A stretch of 64,000 nt of DNA from Camelus dromedarius (Eukaryota): NCBI RefSeq assembly GCF_036321535.1, contig NC_087467.1, forward strand, positions 2,666,001 through 2,730,000. The letters are read 5' to 3'. Made by a program: the position numbers and the translations under genes. This document shows positions 49,065 through 62,835 of the stretch, piece after piece (positions within the stretch are counted from its first letter, which is position 1; each line of letters starts with the position of its first letter). A model generated the notes under the pieces. It was not told the origin of the DNA. It made no database searches and saw only the letters and a list, made by a program, of their open reading frames with translations.

Positions 49065-52000
49065 TGGTAGCCTCGTTCCTTTGATTCTACACAAGTATAA
49101 TGTTTGCTAACCTCCCCTGTCTCCCTTGGTGAATATTGTAGGGAATGAGACGTTCTGCCATGACTTAATATTACAAGGTCTATAAAGTATGCAAAGTGAT
49201 GGAGAGGGTGTAGGCAGGGAAACCTGCACTGCTCCCAACATTATCACTCATTTTGTTGGGCTCAAATGAGACCCATCTTACTTTCAAAATACAAAGTCTA
49301 TCTCTGTTCAATGGTTTAAAACCAGGAACGGCTTGAAGTTGATCTTTAACGATGCTAAGAACTGTCTGGAAGAAGTGTCTTTCCTTGGGACAGGAGAGTG
49401 ACCACACTGCAACGTGAGGAACTCTAGGCAGACACACAGAGCAAGATCGTCACATGTATCTTCTTTCTCCTTCTTCTTTACCAATCCTCTGTATTGTTCA
49501 ATAATCCCTTTTAGGTTGGGTACGAAGTTTTGTGACTGGTGTCAACATGTCCCAGACTATTTAGTGTTTTTGTACCACTTTAAAGCCTCTGAAAAAAGGA
49601 AAAAGAAATAAGCTGGAGACAGGGTTAGAGAGGTATGTAGCCCTAGGGAAGGACAAAAGCTTGAGACAGGGGTGTAAGCAAGGGATAACAACAAATATGT
49701 TTCCCAGCACCGTGAAAAATTGAAGGGCGAGTCAACAGAAGGATGGTAGAGAGAAACACGAGTCGAGAATCAGTCAAGAAGAAGCAGCACTGGGTTTACA
49801 TTAATATTATTCATGTAATAGATCTTAGCATCTTTGATGGGTCAGCTGTTAGGAAAGTTTATTGATTACCCCCTTTTGTATCCCTGTGCTTGGGTGCTAA
49901 TCTGATATATACCTACTGTCTTGTATTTCAAGAGTGCATTGGGTTACCAAAATATTCTTCCCAATGAGAAAACCAAATACAGTATAATATACAATTCTTA
50001 CATTGCAGGTAAATTCATGTTGCCTTCCTTCAGTGTTCTAATTTAAACCACAGAATGTATTTCAGAGCATCATCTTCTAGCCAAGGACAGTTTTGACCTA
50101 ATTTCTAGAGTTACGGTATGGAAGAGTCATGCAGGCTGGAAACGGATATTGACAACCTGCCTGAATGATTACCGTAAATCCGAATGAGCAACTAATCCTC
50201 AATTTCTCAACCCTCTGAATACTAAGTGACTGAGTATTATCTCATACAAAAAAGAAGAATTCAAGAGAATAAACTTGGTTAGTTAGCAGCCGAATAGAGA
50301 GCACTTGGGGGGGGGGGGCTAAAAATACACATTAATTTGGTGAAAATTCCCTTTTAGTGACATAAGCAAACTGGGTATGTTTAAAAAGGATAAAGTACAC
50401 AAGACTGAAATATGGCATACGAATGATGACCACAGGGACTAGGGGTGACTGTTTTCCATTGCTGTGCACAAACAGCACAAAACAATGTCCCTCCCGTGTG
50501 CTCCCTCATAGCATGAGATACCTCCCCTCTAACGTGAGCTTACGGGATATTGAAGGAAGATGTTTTCAAACTTTCAAGGTGGAAATAATCCCAGAGATCA
50601 CCTAAGAAAACCTCACCATTTTCACACAGGAGGAAACCGAGGCCTTTGAAAAGTATGGTTAATCCTGGACAATCCTGATCTCTACAATCCAGCTCACTTT
50701 ACAAAGTCCCTTCCTGTAAGGTAAGCAAATTATACGCACTTTCCTCCCTGTTTGAGTTTTGCAAGTGGGCACTCCTTAACTCTTTGTCAGCTTTATTAAG
50801 CTGGGCTGACTTCCTAGGGCTAAACATACAACCATTTTTCATTTCTTGGCAATCTATTCTATTAAATTTGCATATTCAAATATGCAGCATTTATGCCTGA
50901 TCTCTAAAAGAAAACTCACTAAATTCCTGGTAGGATTATTCTCTCTCTTTCTCTTTGGCTAGGGACAAGGATTTGAATAAAAACTGAGAGAGAAAGCAGG
51001 AGTTAGGCACTGCTTTCATAAATGAAATTAGCAAGTTTCTACAATTTAAAGGTTCTATTTGTAATTCTAAAAACCTTTTTCCTTCTTCTTTGCTTAGCTT
51101 CAGGCATGAATAAAAGTGCTGGGAGTGGAGGGGGGGAATGTTTGCTTTTCTTCCTCTTAATGGCTAAGAGATAACTAAATGCTGAATTTACAAAATACTT
51201 TGTTGGTTTTGGATTTTATGCATAAGCACAAGATGACTATCATGGCTTGGATCTTAACGCAGTAACATCTGCAAAGTCACTTTGCTGTATATATGAAAAA
51301 TCTACATTGTTTAACTTGACAATCTTCTCAAATGATATCCACAAGTATTTAGCATTAAAAAGCTCGGTTTAGAATTTGAATTGCTAATGTTGAGTTTCCA
51401 ATTCAAGGTTCCACAATCCAAAACAGGCTTGAAAAGGAAAAAAGAAAAAAAAAACAAGCATAATTAAAGAGAAACAGTAACATCGGCTCCCACTTGGTTA
51501 AGTTGCTTCCAGGCAACCTATGGGCTCCTCACTCTGCGTGACTTCCAGTTGCCTGACATTCTGCCATGCTCTGGGGCGGAACATTCTAAAGAAAATATTG
51601 ATGTTATTGCTAGCCAAGCTGAAAGATAAAACACCCCCCCACACACACACATACACCCACACGCACATTAAACTGAGCAAAATCCCAACATGAATTTTAA
51701 AAGGGAAGGAAATCAGTCAGCCTCTCGCACAAATTCCCTGTTATCATCAACTTTTGTTCCCTCATCTTCCTCCCTTTCTTCCTTCTGCACCCCATGTCAG
51801 GAATGAAAACTTCTGGGCTTATGCAGAGTTGTGTGTAAAAAATGCAAGGTTTGAAAATGTTCTTTGTGTTCTACTTTTTTTTTTTTTTTAATAGATCTTC
51901 TTTCTGTGGATATACTTCCTTCCTAGAATCCTCTTCCCTAAGAAGAGGATCTTGCTTTCAGTTTATTGTTCATTTCTCTGTAAAGAAAAAAAATGTTTCC

Positions 52001-52427
52001 CACCTTCCCAGTTCTACAAAGATCAAGCCATAAGCCACTCAACCACTGACCTATAGTACAGCCTGGAAGAAATTCAGGATAAGGCACTCTGTGTTTTGGG
52101 AAAACAGGCAAAAAAAAAAAAAAAAAAGCCCTTAAATAGCCAGATATATTTCAGGAGAAATTTGTATGAACCTGGATTCATGCATCTTCTCATAGTTAGA
52201 AAAGCACTAAAATCATTCATTGATATCTGATCCTCGTGAGTAGCAGTGACCTTTCACAGAGATGCGTGCTTGACTGCATGCATCCCTTCGCCAAAATCAC
52301 ATGTATACAGGCCTTCCCACCTACCACTTTGGATCGGTTCCTTAGGGCCATCAGACGCTCCCTCCCAGGCTACAGTACTCAGGAGGACGCTGAATAAAAC
52401 TCAACTCGCAGCTTTTGCATAGTGCAT

Positions 52428-52451
52428 TTTGTTTGTTTGTTTGTTTGTTTG
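52428..52451. repeat. (TTTG)n microsatellite
   Basis: Direct reading. Confidence 0.9.
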
Positions 52452-52771
52452 CTTTGTTTTTCCCTAGTCAGCATCTCTAAGACTAATCATATCACTTTTC
52501 GGTCTTTAGTTATCATCACCAAATTTCTTATTTAAAAATCACTCAAGGAATTCTTTAGCTAATTGCGATGGAAACGAAAAAACATTCATCAATAATTAGT
52601 CAATCTCTGGAATGAATTGTTCCTAAATTCAAAGCCACTTGAAAAATGATCAATAGCAGACTTATAGGACAGAGAAAAGGTCACAAAGGAACCTTGCATT
52701 GTGTTCCTTTATCTGTATTAAAGGAATAAAAAGTAAAATCTTGATTCTCATAAAAATATAAAATAAGTGTG

Positions 52772-53407
52772 TGTCAAAGATTTTATTCAACTTATTAATT
52801 AATGAGGATATCAGTAAGATATTAAAGCTAGTTCAAAGGAACACCTGAAGACCAACCATATAGCTATGTGCAGTCAAGAATGTGTAAAGAATTTCCTAAT
52901 AGATGTAAAACTGCTTAATGTCTTCTCTAAGGGAAGTGACAAAGACTGTCTTCTTGACCAAACCTTGATCAGTCTCCTCAAAGTCTTCTTTGCACTTATA
53001 GTTCAACATCAGGCTTCTGTGTCTGTAGCTGCTGGACCTCTGTCACCAAATTTTAGCAAGAATCCTGCTGAATAAGCTCGGAGGAGATATCTGATCACCC
53101 TCAGTATGTGGTCAAGTTCATCATCTCCTACCCTTGGCATCTGGTCCCTCTGGATGGCTTTCACCAAGAATCCTACCAAGCAGTTTTAGCCAGAATCCCG
53201 CCTTCCCCCTGAGGTGTCCTCTGAGGGCCTTCCATCCACTGACACTTGCTGCCACTCCCGCCTCCCCACACTTGTACATGCTGTGTTAGGAACTGCGCCT
53301 ACTTTTTACCACATTCTCTATTCTTCTATTGCAATCATTCCTTAAGAAAATATGTTTTTTATTTTTTTGCCACTTTAACTATTTTCCAGCTCTGGTTTTC
53401 TTTAACA
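52772..53407 (+). mobile_element. ERV1-class solo LTR (MER4/MER34 group-like, old)
   Basis: TGTCAAAG...TTTAACA termini; ttagcaagaatcctg, ttagccagaatccc, ccatccactgac and ccagctctggttttcttt blocks typical of this LTR group. Confidence 0.7.
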
Positions 53408-53636
53408 GAAGCGAAAATCAATTGTCTCTCTATTGGACAAAATCCATTCAAATTTTTCAGGGCAAAATTGATTTGCATCCCTAACAGTTCTGTACAATTT
53501 GCAGAATCATAAAATTTGTCAAAGATGATGAAAGCAGAAGACCCCATAGATTCAGATAACCCTGAAAGGTCTACTAGACTATTCTCAGAATTCCATTAAA
53601 ATAAATAAATAAATAAATAAATAAAATAATGAAATA

Positions 53637-53776
53637 GGGAGAGCGGATGGCTCAGGGGTAGAGTGTGTGCTCAGCATGCATGAGGTCCTGGGTTCAATCC
53701 CCAGTACCCCCATTAAAAATTAATAAATAAGTAAATAAATAAACCTAATTACCATTCCCCCCCAAAAAAAGAAAAA
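53637..53776 (+). mobile_element. Vic-1-like camelid tRNA-derived SINE
   Basis: A-box-like tggctcagggg 53648-53658, B-box ggttcaatcc 53691-53700, AT-rich body, aaacctaattacc...cccccaaaaaaa end; homologous to 25677-25827. Confidence 0.9.
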
Positions 53777-54207
53777 CAAGGATAAAATGCTGGGCTTTAA
53801 AAATAATAGCAACAAAATATAAAGACAAATAATACAAGCTCTTTTTATCAGAATAAGGCATTTCCTTCCCTCAATTCTTCCACTCTACCTCCAGATCGCC
53901 TTTCCAGAAACAACTATTTTTTTCTTCTGATATTTACAAATGTCCATATTTTTTCATGTGCAGACAGCTAACTTCTGATTAATCAATTTTGAATATTTTC
54001 TATTAACTTAAAATTCTGGTAAATGAAGATACAGCTCTCTTTTTCACTGTTTCCCTTCTGCAGACCCTCCCCTCCTTCCAATCTAGATTTTGCAATTTTT
54101 TGGTTAAGTCCAAATTCAGTGTCTATATTATACCTATGTGTGCTGTTGGACTACCACTGTTTGCTTTGCCTGTAGTATAGTAAATAAATGTCCTATTTGT
54201 TGCTAAA

Positions 54208-54208
54208 A

Positions 54209-54242
<34 letters not shown>

Positions 54243-54257
54243 CATACATACATACAT
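54208..54257. repeat. (CATA)n microsatellite
   Basis: Direct reading. Confidence 0.95.
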
Positions 54258-54647
54258 GAAATAAAAGGATACCCAGTAATCATTATGCCCATGTCAATAT
54301 CTTTCTCAACTATTCCTTACATCAGATACTGGAACATCTGCCATAGTAAAACTTGGTAGCCATGTTTCCTCTTGACTTCCATTCAGTAATTTTTTCCTTC
54401 AAAGGCTAATTTGTTTCCTTTACCCCACTGGCCATTCTTTCTAAATCTATCTGAGGGATTGTCCCTGAAATAAGGTTGATTGAAATTAATCACACACTTT
54501 GTATAAAGGCAGAAGCGTAGCACACATTGGTAACCATTTAAGGTTCACTTCTTCCAGAATGCTCTCAGGATTTACATATATAAACATAACACTTAGCAAA
54601 ACAGAAACCAGAAAAATCACAATTATTGATAGAAAATAACTACTACT

Positions 54648-54758
54648 TGCGGTAGGAAGAATAATCTCTACCAAAGATGTCCATACCCTAAGCCCCAGAT
54701 TTTGTAAATATGTTACTTACATGGAAATTAAGGTCACAGATATAATCACATGTTGCCT
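54648..54758 (+). mobile_element. MLT1D-like MaLR LTR 5' fragment
   Basis: tgcggtaggaagaataatctctaccaaagatgtccataccctaagcccc...tgtaaatatgttac. Confidence 0.75.
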
Positions 54759-55045
54759 TTAGAGCTTTATCTTCTAGGATATTCAATTTTATTTTGTTTG
54801 AATTCAACAGACTTTAGACTGGTGGCTTTCTTCATAGTGGACCAGCTAAATCGACTTGTTTTAATGACCAATCTAATTTAGTAATATAATTCATGAGTTA
54901 AGGTCAGTATATCAGGAGTTAATTTGATCAATAAAGCAAATGGAGTCTTGGACATTAATCAAATTCTCCACTTTTTTATACGAGGTTTGTAGGACCACAA
55001 AGTGGACAATTCAATTAGATTTATTTTATCACATAGGTTGTAGAG

Positions 55046-55228
55046 CAGGGATCTGCAAACTTTTTTCTGTAAAGGACCAGATAGTAAATATTTTTATCTT
55101 TACAGGTCATATGGTCTCTGTTGCAAGTACTCAAGTCTGTCATTGTAACATGATAGCATCCATAGGCGATGTGTAAACAAATGTTCATGTTTGGATTTGG
55201 CCCATAGGAGGTAGTTCGCTGATCCTTG
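55046..55228. mobile_element. MER58A-like hAT-Charlie MITE
   Basis: cagggatctgcaaacttttttctgtaaaggaccagatagtaaatattt...ggatttggcccataggaggtagttcgctgatccttg with terminal inverted repeats. Confidence 0.85.
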
Positions 55229-56859
55229 TGCTAGGATCACTGCAATATGCAGTGTTAACTGCAATGGGGAATGAAAAACTTATGAATGCAGTCCCTATAT
55301 ATTCTGACTTACAAGTCAATATGATGCAAAATGTTTATGGGGTGAATAGGCATTGACTCTGATATTGGAAATATTCTGTAAAATCTTTTATCTTGTCACC
55401 CTATTTACCATTTATTTTCTCTGTCCTTTATGAATTTATACTTTAGTTGGGATGAGAAGATAGAACTAAATTAAATAAAACTGAAAGGTCAAAGGAATGA
55501 TGTGAATGACAGGCTTCGTAGATATTCAAGACAAGGGAAGGTCATTTGAAGTGAATGGATCAAGAGAAGATTAAATGGGAACCATATTCTGAACTGGTCA
55601 TGAGGGATGGACAACAACTGGACTGGAGAGCAGGTAGCTTAGAGAGACTCCTGGCATGTCTGAGTTAATCTCTTCTTGCAGTGCCCTTCTTACAGGTAAG
55701 TAAACAAACGTGTATTTTTTGTTGCTATTGTTATTAGGAATAAAATGATTATGGAAGAGAGGCATCCAATGGAACTAAAATTGAGTGTATCGCAAGGTTG
55801 ATGCTACTCATATAAAACATGAATTTGATTCTCATTTTTGATTCTCAATCTGAGGTTTCTATGTAGTCATGGCTCAAATGGGGCACTGAGTTTCTAGAAT
55901 TTCTATCATTTTCTTTAGCAGTAAGATCCTAAGAAGAAATCAGCGTAACTTTCTCTGATCTAATTTGCAAACTTCTTTATTTGAGGTTTCTTGAATTTAT
56001 TCTTAGAGTGTTTTCAAAGCATAGGACCATAAAAAATCATATTCTTTCAATTCACCTACTCATATTTTATGTTTTATACTATTGCCAATTCATAATTCCC
56101 CTAGGTTTTTATTGACTGAGTTTTTGCTCACCTTGCTTACCTCTTCCAGTGAAGAAAACAGCTTACTGCCTGAGTGAAGAAGCCCAGACCAGAGACACAG
56201 GGAAATGATGCCATTATGAGCAGATGAGCTTTTTCCTTTGGTTAACTGCCCTTAATTTGTAGTGCTTTTTTAGGGCTTGAAAAAAACCACAGATATTTTC
56301 TCTTGTGCCAAGTATTCAGATCCGATACATTAGTCATGATATTCAGAACCATGCCTCTGCATCCGAAACAGGAGCAGTCAGAAGGAAGAAATTCTGCAGC
56401 ATCCATTGTGGCTCTTCCAGTTTCATCCCAGACGTGAAAATAGAAGGGCTCAATATTTTGTGCATCTTTCTTTACCTGTCCTGATACAGTGTTCTCAATA
56501 TAATTCTTCTCCTCTTCCTTCTGCTTCTCCTGTTTCTTCCTATTTGTACTACCACCATGACCACCACAATCATCTTTAACAGTCATTGAATCCTGCAGTG
56601 TGTAGGAACCTGGGGGTGAAAAATGCCCTCACACTTGGTCTTTTCCTCTCTTTAAGGATTATACATCATGGTGGGAGAGAGATCATATAAAAAAAAAAAA
56701 AGATCCATTGCAAAACAAGGTTACTAAACAAAGTCAAATGCGTATGAAAATCAATCCTTCAGAAGCCAAATGGCTCACTGAGCGCTGTAGGTACTGGGGC
56801 TGTTTTATGCTCTTTTTCTTTTAATTCTGTGCCATCCTTTGAACTAGCACATCATTTCT

Positions 56860-57130
56860 TCTCATGCCATCTGTCTGAAGCCCCTCTCAGAACACTTTTT
56901 CTTACTTCCATCTCCTGTCTATGTTACGTACTCCTTTTATGTGGTCTTAAAGCACAATGAGCAGAACTCCATCAGTATACTTATTATTTCTAAATGCTTG
57001 TTTATTTGTTTTACCAAATAAATGATAACCTTCTTGAAGACAGAAATGGTAATTCATGCATCGTTCTATCCTTAGTACAGTGCCTCAGACTAGAAACTAC
57101 GGAATAAAGAATTATTGAGTGAATGAATGC
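56860..57130 (+). mobile_element. L2 3' end fragment
   Basis: accttcttgaagacagaaatgg...cttagtacagtgcct...aattattgagtgaatgaatg. Confidence 0.65.
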
Positions 57131-57284
57131 TTCTGGATGAAGGGGAACTTTCTTTAAATTGTGGCTCCATAAAGAAAGATGAACAATACATATTTAGCAA
57201 GAAACTTATACATAGAGAGGAGGGGAGCTCTGTCTTCCAGACAGGGAAAAATGACTATATGTTGGAAAAAGTAATATAGGGTAA

Positions 57285-57485
57285 TGATTAAAAGCTTGTG
57301 TTCTGAAATCAGTTAAGTTTATATTTCAGTTGACACTTACTAGGTACATGTAGTCCTTTTATAAATTACTCAGACCTCTAAATTTCTAAGTAATCTGTAT
57401 ACTGAGGACAATATATCAACCTCCCAGGTATTTGTGAGGGTTAAGTTTAACTATGCTTTTAAAGTGTTTAATAAAGCATATAGTG
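57285..57485 (+). mobile_element. MIR SINE
   Basis: ttaaaagcttgtgttctgaaatcag...cacttactagg...acctcccaggtatttgtgagggttaa. Confidence 0.7.
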
Positions 57486-58849
57486 AAAAAAAGTCATGGC
57501 CTCGATAACTAAATCCAAACTGAAGTCACCTGCTATGTGATTGCCATGCTCACATCCACATTTGGCTGACTGCGTATTTCTATCCCTTACATTACCACTG
57601 CAGTTTACAACTGAATAGGGGCCTTTTAAACACAACTTTAAGAATGACAACTGATCCTCACCCTTTCTAAAATGTCTAGACCACCAAACCAAGAAGCTCC
57701 ACACAAAACACAGATTTCTAAAGTGCACACACCAGAGCCACTTCTCCAAGTGGCACCAGGACAACAGAATTCCCCTTTACAGCGATTAGAAAATAAAGCA
57801 TGAATATCTTATATTTAAATTTCTGCCAATTTCAAACAGCAGAGCCAAATGATGAGAGCCTTGGCGGGTGTCTGGCCTGAACCAGAAGGATGAAGGAAAA
57901 GGAGCCAAAATGCACTGTGATCATGCCAATCGGTTCCTTTGGTGCTAGGAGGGGCATAGTGATGGGTGCCAGGGCACACGGGACCTTGTTATGTGTTCCC
58001 TGCATGTGAAAAAATGCGAGCTTTAGGCCTCTAAGCAGCTGTGCTCTCCCAGCTTGAAGTCAAAGATGGTGCTTGATAAAAATTCAGTTGTTCTCTATGT
58101 CTGAAGGAGAGGTGGACTCAGTGAGCCAAGGTTTCAGGCCCTCACATGCAGTAAACAGGTGTGTCTTCTTCACTTTTGAAAAGAGTTCTCAAATATGGAA
58201 CAAGCATTTACAAAATGTATATGCCCCACCTTAAAATTACTTAAAATATAATACAGGGATCACTAGACGTCAGGAGACGGAGAACTTGGAGAGTAAAATG
58301 TCTCCCAAATTGGTATAAAGGGGGCAGAGAACAAACGAGAAGCTGTTTGCTCTCAGCAAAGGCAAACAGCAACGGTCTACCTTGTCTCAGCACAAGGATC
58401 GTCAGTAGAACATGTGGCTTCTTTAACGTATACAGAACAATGCCCTGCTAATGAGTATTTCAGAGACAAGTGCCTAGAAGTTTAGATCAGGGAATGATGA
58501 GAAGAGTTCTGAGGAAGGATTCATGGAACAAGACCTTATGGATGGAGAAGATGGAGCCAAGAAAGCAAGAATTCTGTAAACACAGGAGAACTTGAGAGAA
58601 AGGAGCAAATACAGTATTTGTATACAGGATTGACTAAAAGCTGCTGGAAGCTTTAGAATTTTGATTGGTGTTCTTGGATACTTGCCTGGCATCAATGTTC
58701 CCTGAGATTCCACCTACTTTTTATGGTGACCAAGGATTCCATTTGGAAATCACAGCTTCTTTCTTCTGAGTTTGTTCCTTGGGATTAGCGTTCTACATGC
58801 ATTACTTGACCCTCATTTTCTCTGTCTTTAGTCAATGGGGTATAGAGAG

Positions 58850-59150
58850 AAACCTGGAGTATGGAACATGATCCCTGGTTTGAGTCCTGACTGCCATGTG
58901 TGTGCTGATTTTTCCTAAATTTCCTTTTCCTCATCTATAAAATTAAAGTGAGGATAACAAAAATACATCAGAATGCATGTTTACTAGATCCAACTCTGTC
59001 ATTTAAAACTCAGAAGAACTCAAGCAGGTTAATTTTCTCTGTGTTTAAGTTTTCTCACTTATAACCTGGTAATGATAATATTGCCTAGTTTATCTTCAGA
59101 ATTGACTATGATGATTAAATGAGGTGATCCAAATAAACATACCTGGGAAA
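58850..59150 (+). mobile_element. Two MIR fragments
   Basis: ctggtttgagtcctgactgcc...ttttcctcatctataaaa and ttaagttttctcacttataacctggtaatgataat. Confidence 0.6.
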
Positions 59151-59984
59151 TTATAGCATATTATATAAGTTTATTCATCCACTCAGCACATTATGGAATT
59201 GCAGTACACCTTCAAAACTTCTATTGTTTTGTTTCTTTTGTAAAAGATGGGCTAGGCCCATTACCCATTCCATTTCTTATACACATGTCAAATCTCAGCT
59301 CAGTGAGCACCTGCTCCTTGAAGGCTTCCAGAGTAGCCCAGAGCCCAGTTCTGTCTCTTAGATGGATACTTACATGAGCCCATGTTACCAATTATTATAC
59401 CTTATCCGTCCTCTTCTGTTAAATCTTTTATAATGACGTACCTCCTCTATCTCTTATAAAAACTGGTCTTTCTCTCCTTACATTCACCTGGGTGTGGCAG
59501 TCACTCGCCCCTTTCTCTAGTGACTAAGTGGCAGCCAAGGGAATGCCCTAAGCCTGCAAGGAGGTTCTCTGTGAGGTCAGGGAAGAGAACATTAGTCACG
59601 AGGAGACAGTCCTTCCGCTGGCAACGTACAGTCATGCTTCCCAGCTCCTCCTTTGCCCAGGTAGACTAGCTCATACTGACTTGAGATGGAATACAGGGGG
59701 ACTCAGATTATTTTAAAAGACCCACATTGTTTATGCTCTTTTTACTCTACTGATACGTTGATGTTGGTAAAATTTCACCTCAGTTTGCCATCTATTCTCC
59801 TATTCTTGTGTTTTGTTTTTTTTTTCCTAGTAACAGATTTAATGCCACACTTGCTGCTACTGAGCAGCCTATACAAAAGCCTGTTCCTTTTTGGAGGCAA
59901 TTAAATTTGGTATCAGTAGCTAGAAGTAACTCCTCTTGTTTAGAACATGTAAGAAGCCTTAGCAATATACATAATTTATTTTCA

Positions 59985-60140
59985 AATGGTTCTTTAGATA
60001 TGTGGGGGAGTGAGCAAGAGAGTACATACTGATACTGCAAGATGTTAAAAACGGGCAGGTTCAGGTAATGATTATATAAGTGTTCATTATATTGTTCTTT
60101 TAATTTCTTTGTAGAATTGGGAGTGTTGAAAATAAGGAGG
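59985..60140 (+). mobile_element. Old L1 (L1MC/L1ME-type) 3' end
   Basis: caagatgttaaaaacgggcaggttcaggtaatgattatataagtgttcattatattgttcttttaatttctttgta. Confidence 0.65.
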
Positions 60141-61148
60141 GTAAAGGCAGGGGAAGTAGCCTTGGGACTAGAATGACCCAGCAGGTACCAGGACTTCCTT
60201 AAGTGATTGGCAAATGAGACACTAGCTCTGGACCACACTCAGGGATATGTGTGTGATAACATTTGTACGTATGGATGGCAGGGACCTCACCTCCTGCCAT
60301 TTGTTGATCTCTCACAATTCCGATTGCAGTGTTGGTGATGTGTATTCTGAAATGACAATAAAATTGATTTCTGATGAATGGTGTTTTTGACAAATTCAAC
60401 AATACATGTGTGACCAGGTCTGTTAATACAGCAATATTTAATTATTTTTTTTTACCTTCCCAAATTCTGACTCCCAGTTTCCCTAATTTCTATAATCATT
60501 TTTTTTCTTGCCAAACATGACAACATAAAGCTATCACAACTAAACTGTGGGAAAGGGGGTTCTCCTCCTAATACTGTATCATAAGCTATTATCATTTTAA
60601 TGAAAGAAGTAAATGAATTAGCTTTATTTAACCCAAGGAACTTAAAGTGGTATTGAAGAGAGTTGCATGTGAGGCACTGAGGGGATGGGTTTGAATATAA
60701 ATTGAAATTTACTAACATCATGAAAGGAATAATGTTGGCAGTCTTCCAAAATATTTATTCAAAGCAGGTTGGATATTAATGGGTATATAAATTTATGTAC
60801 ACTTTACAGTTCACATTTTATGAAGTGTTCTTTGAAGTAATTATCAGTCCAACACCATACTCTGGCTAATAATATTTAATAACAATAATAATGCTTTGTG
60901 CTTGTGCCAAAGATCACAATGAGTTATCAAGCAACTCATTAAACTACAACGTCCTGGCTGCATGGAAATATGACCTGATTTTGCAAGTGGAGAAACTGAG
61001 ATCCAAAGGTTTAATGAAGAACATTCTCAAAAATCATTAAAATCCCAAGGACAAACAATTGATATCTGATGACAGGTGTCCCTCCCTTGCAGCAAGTATA
61101 AAATTTAAGATAAATTGGAGGCAAGTACCCATTGTGTCAATTAATGTA

Positions 61149-61373
61149 CAGCCTTCCCTTTAATATCGTGAGTTTGAACTGCTGTGGGTGCACATTATGT
61201 GGATTTTTTAAATTAAATATGTGCTATATAATACTACACGATCTGTGGTTGGCTGAGTCCATAGAGGTGGGACCACATACATAGAGGGATAACTAACTGT
61301 AAAGTTATACATGGTGTTTCAACTCCATGGAGGCTCAGCATCCCTAACCCCATTGTTGTCCAAGGGTCAACTA
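61149..61373. mobile_element. MER8-like TcMar-Tigger MITE
   Basis: TA flanks; gagtttgaactgctgtgggtgcacattatgtggattttt ... ccctaaccccattgttgtccaagggtcaact. Confidence 0.8.
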
Positions 61374-62835
61374 TAATATATTTCATATCTAAATATTCTG
61401 ATACATTAAAAATGAATATTGATGATTTAACCCATCTTTGAGGTAAAAATCAGTTTTATTGGCACACAGGGCATTGTTTACAGTAGGTCTGGACCACAGC
61501 AATGCATCTCTCATAGCTTTATGGAGAACATCTCTGAATATAAGGTTTTCCAGTTTAACTGGCCCTATTCTAATTATGGTTAATGGTGGTCAAAGAAAGG
61601 ACAGCAAGACCTCAGTAACTATATCAAACACTGAACATACATGACCTCTTTCTCTTTTTCCCTCTGTCTCTCTTTATCTCTCTCTCTTCCTCTGAGGTTT
61701 GCAGTATTTCACTTTGATCCTCATGATTTTCCTACCTTTGAAGCACAGAGTTTTTATTTATCCATGATGATCATGTAAATTAAATATTCACTTTCCTCCC
61801 CTTTCCTCAGTGCATGTATATGTGCGTGTGTTTTACAGTTATATTGTGGTGTAACTGACATACATTAACTTGCATGTATTTAAGGCATACGCTTTGATAA
61901 GCTCTGACATGTGGATGCATGTGTGAAACCAGCAAAAACATCCAGATAACAGTCATGTTCACCACTTCCGAAACTTTCCTTCTCACCCTTCGTAACACCT
62001 TCCTATTTTCCCTCCTTAATGTCTTTCCCTACTTCCCCACCTCCAGGCAACAGCTGACCTACTTTCAATCACTACAGTTTCCATTTGCTAGAATTTTATA
62101 TAAAAATAATTATACAATATTAACTTCTTGTTGTTCAGTTTCTTTCACTTACTAGCACTATTTTGAGATTCACCAATACTTTTGGATGTATCAATGCTTC
62201 ATTCATTCTATTTCTGAATAGTATTTCAGTATGTGTTTTTATACACACACATGCATGCACACACATACATACACCTAAAATTTGGTTATTTATTTCTCTG
62301 AAGATGGACAATTGATTTGATTTGGTTTTGAGCTATTCCAAGTAAAGCCACTATGAACATTCACATATCTATTAAAAATAAAGGTACTATGAGCCTAAAT
62401 TTCTTTTGCAAATATATGTTTTCATTTATCGGCAATAAATTCATAGGACTGGAATAGCTAATTTGTAGGGTAGATGTATTTTTCTTTCTAAGAAACTACA
62501 GAACTGTTTTCCAAAGAAGTTGTAATGTTTTACATATCAAATTTTCTTCTCCTTCAAGCTTATTTTGATTATTCTAAGATCTTTCTATTTACATGTGAAT
62601 TTTAGAATTGACTTGTAAATTTCTAAAATAAAGCCTGCTAGGATTTTGACAGAGATTGAATTGAGTCCACAGATCAATTTAGGAAGAATTAACATTGTAA
62701 AAATATTGAATCTTAAAATGCATGAAAATGGTATATTTATTAACTTCTTCTTTAATTTATTTCAGCAATAGATTGTACTTTTTAGTTTATAGCTCTTTCG
62801 CATCTGTCAGATTTTCTTCTAGGTTTATATATTTT

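Noticed and set aside
53637-53712. tRNA-like sequence with A and B boxes (also 25750-25825 on minus)
   Set aside because: It continues into an AT-rich SINE body and tail, one copy has a TSD, and there is no acceptor stem; these are SINE heads, not tRNA genes
59792-60238. 148 aa minus-strand ORF
   Set aside because: Runs antisense through an old L1 3' end; no protein resemblance
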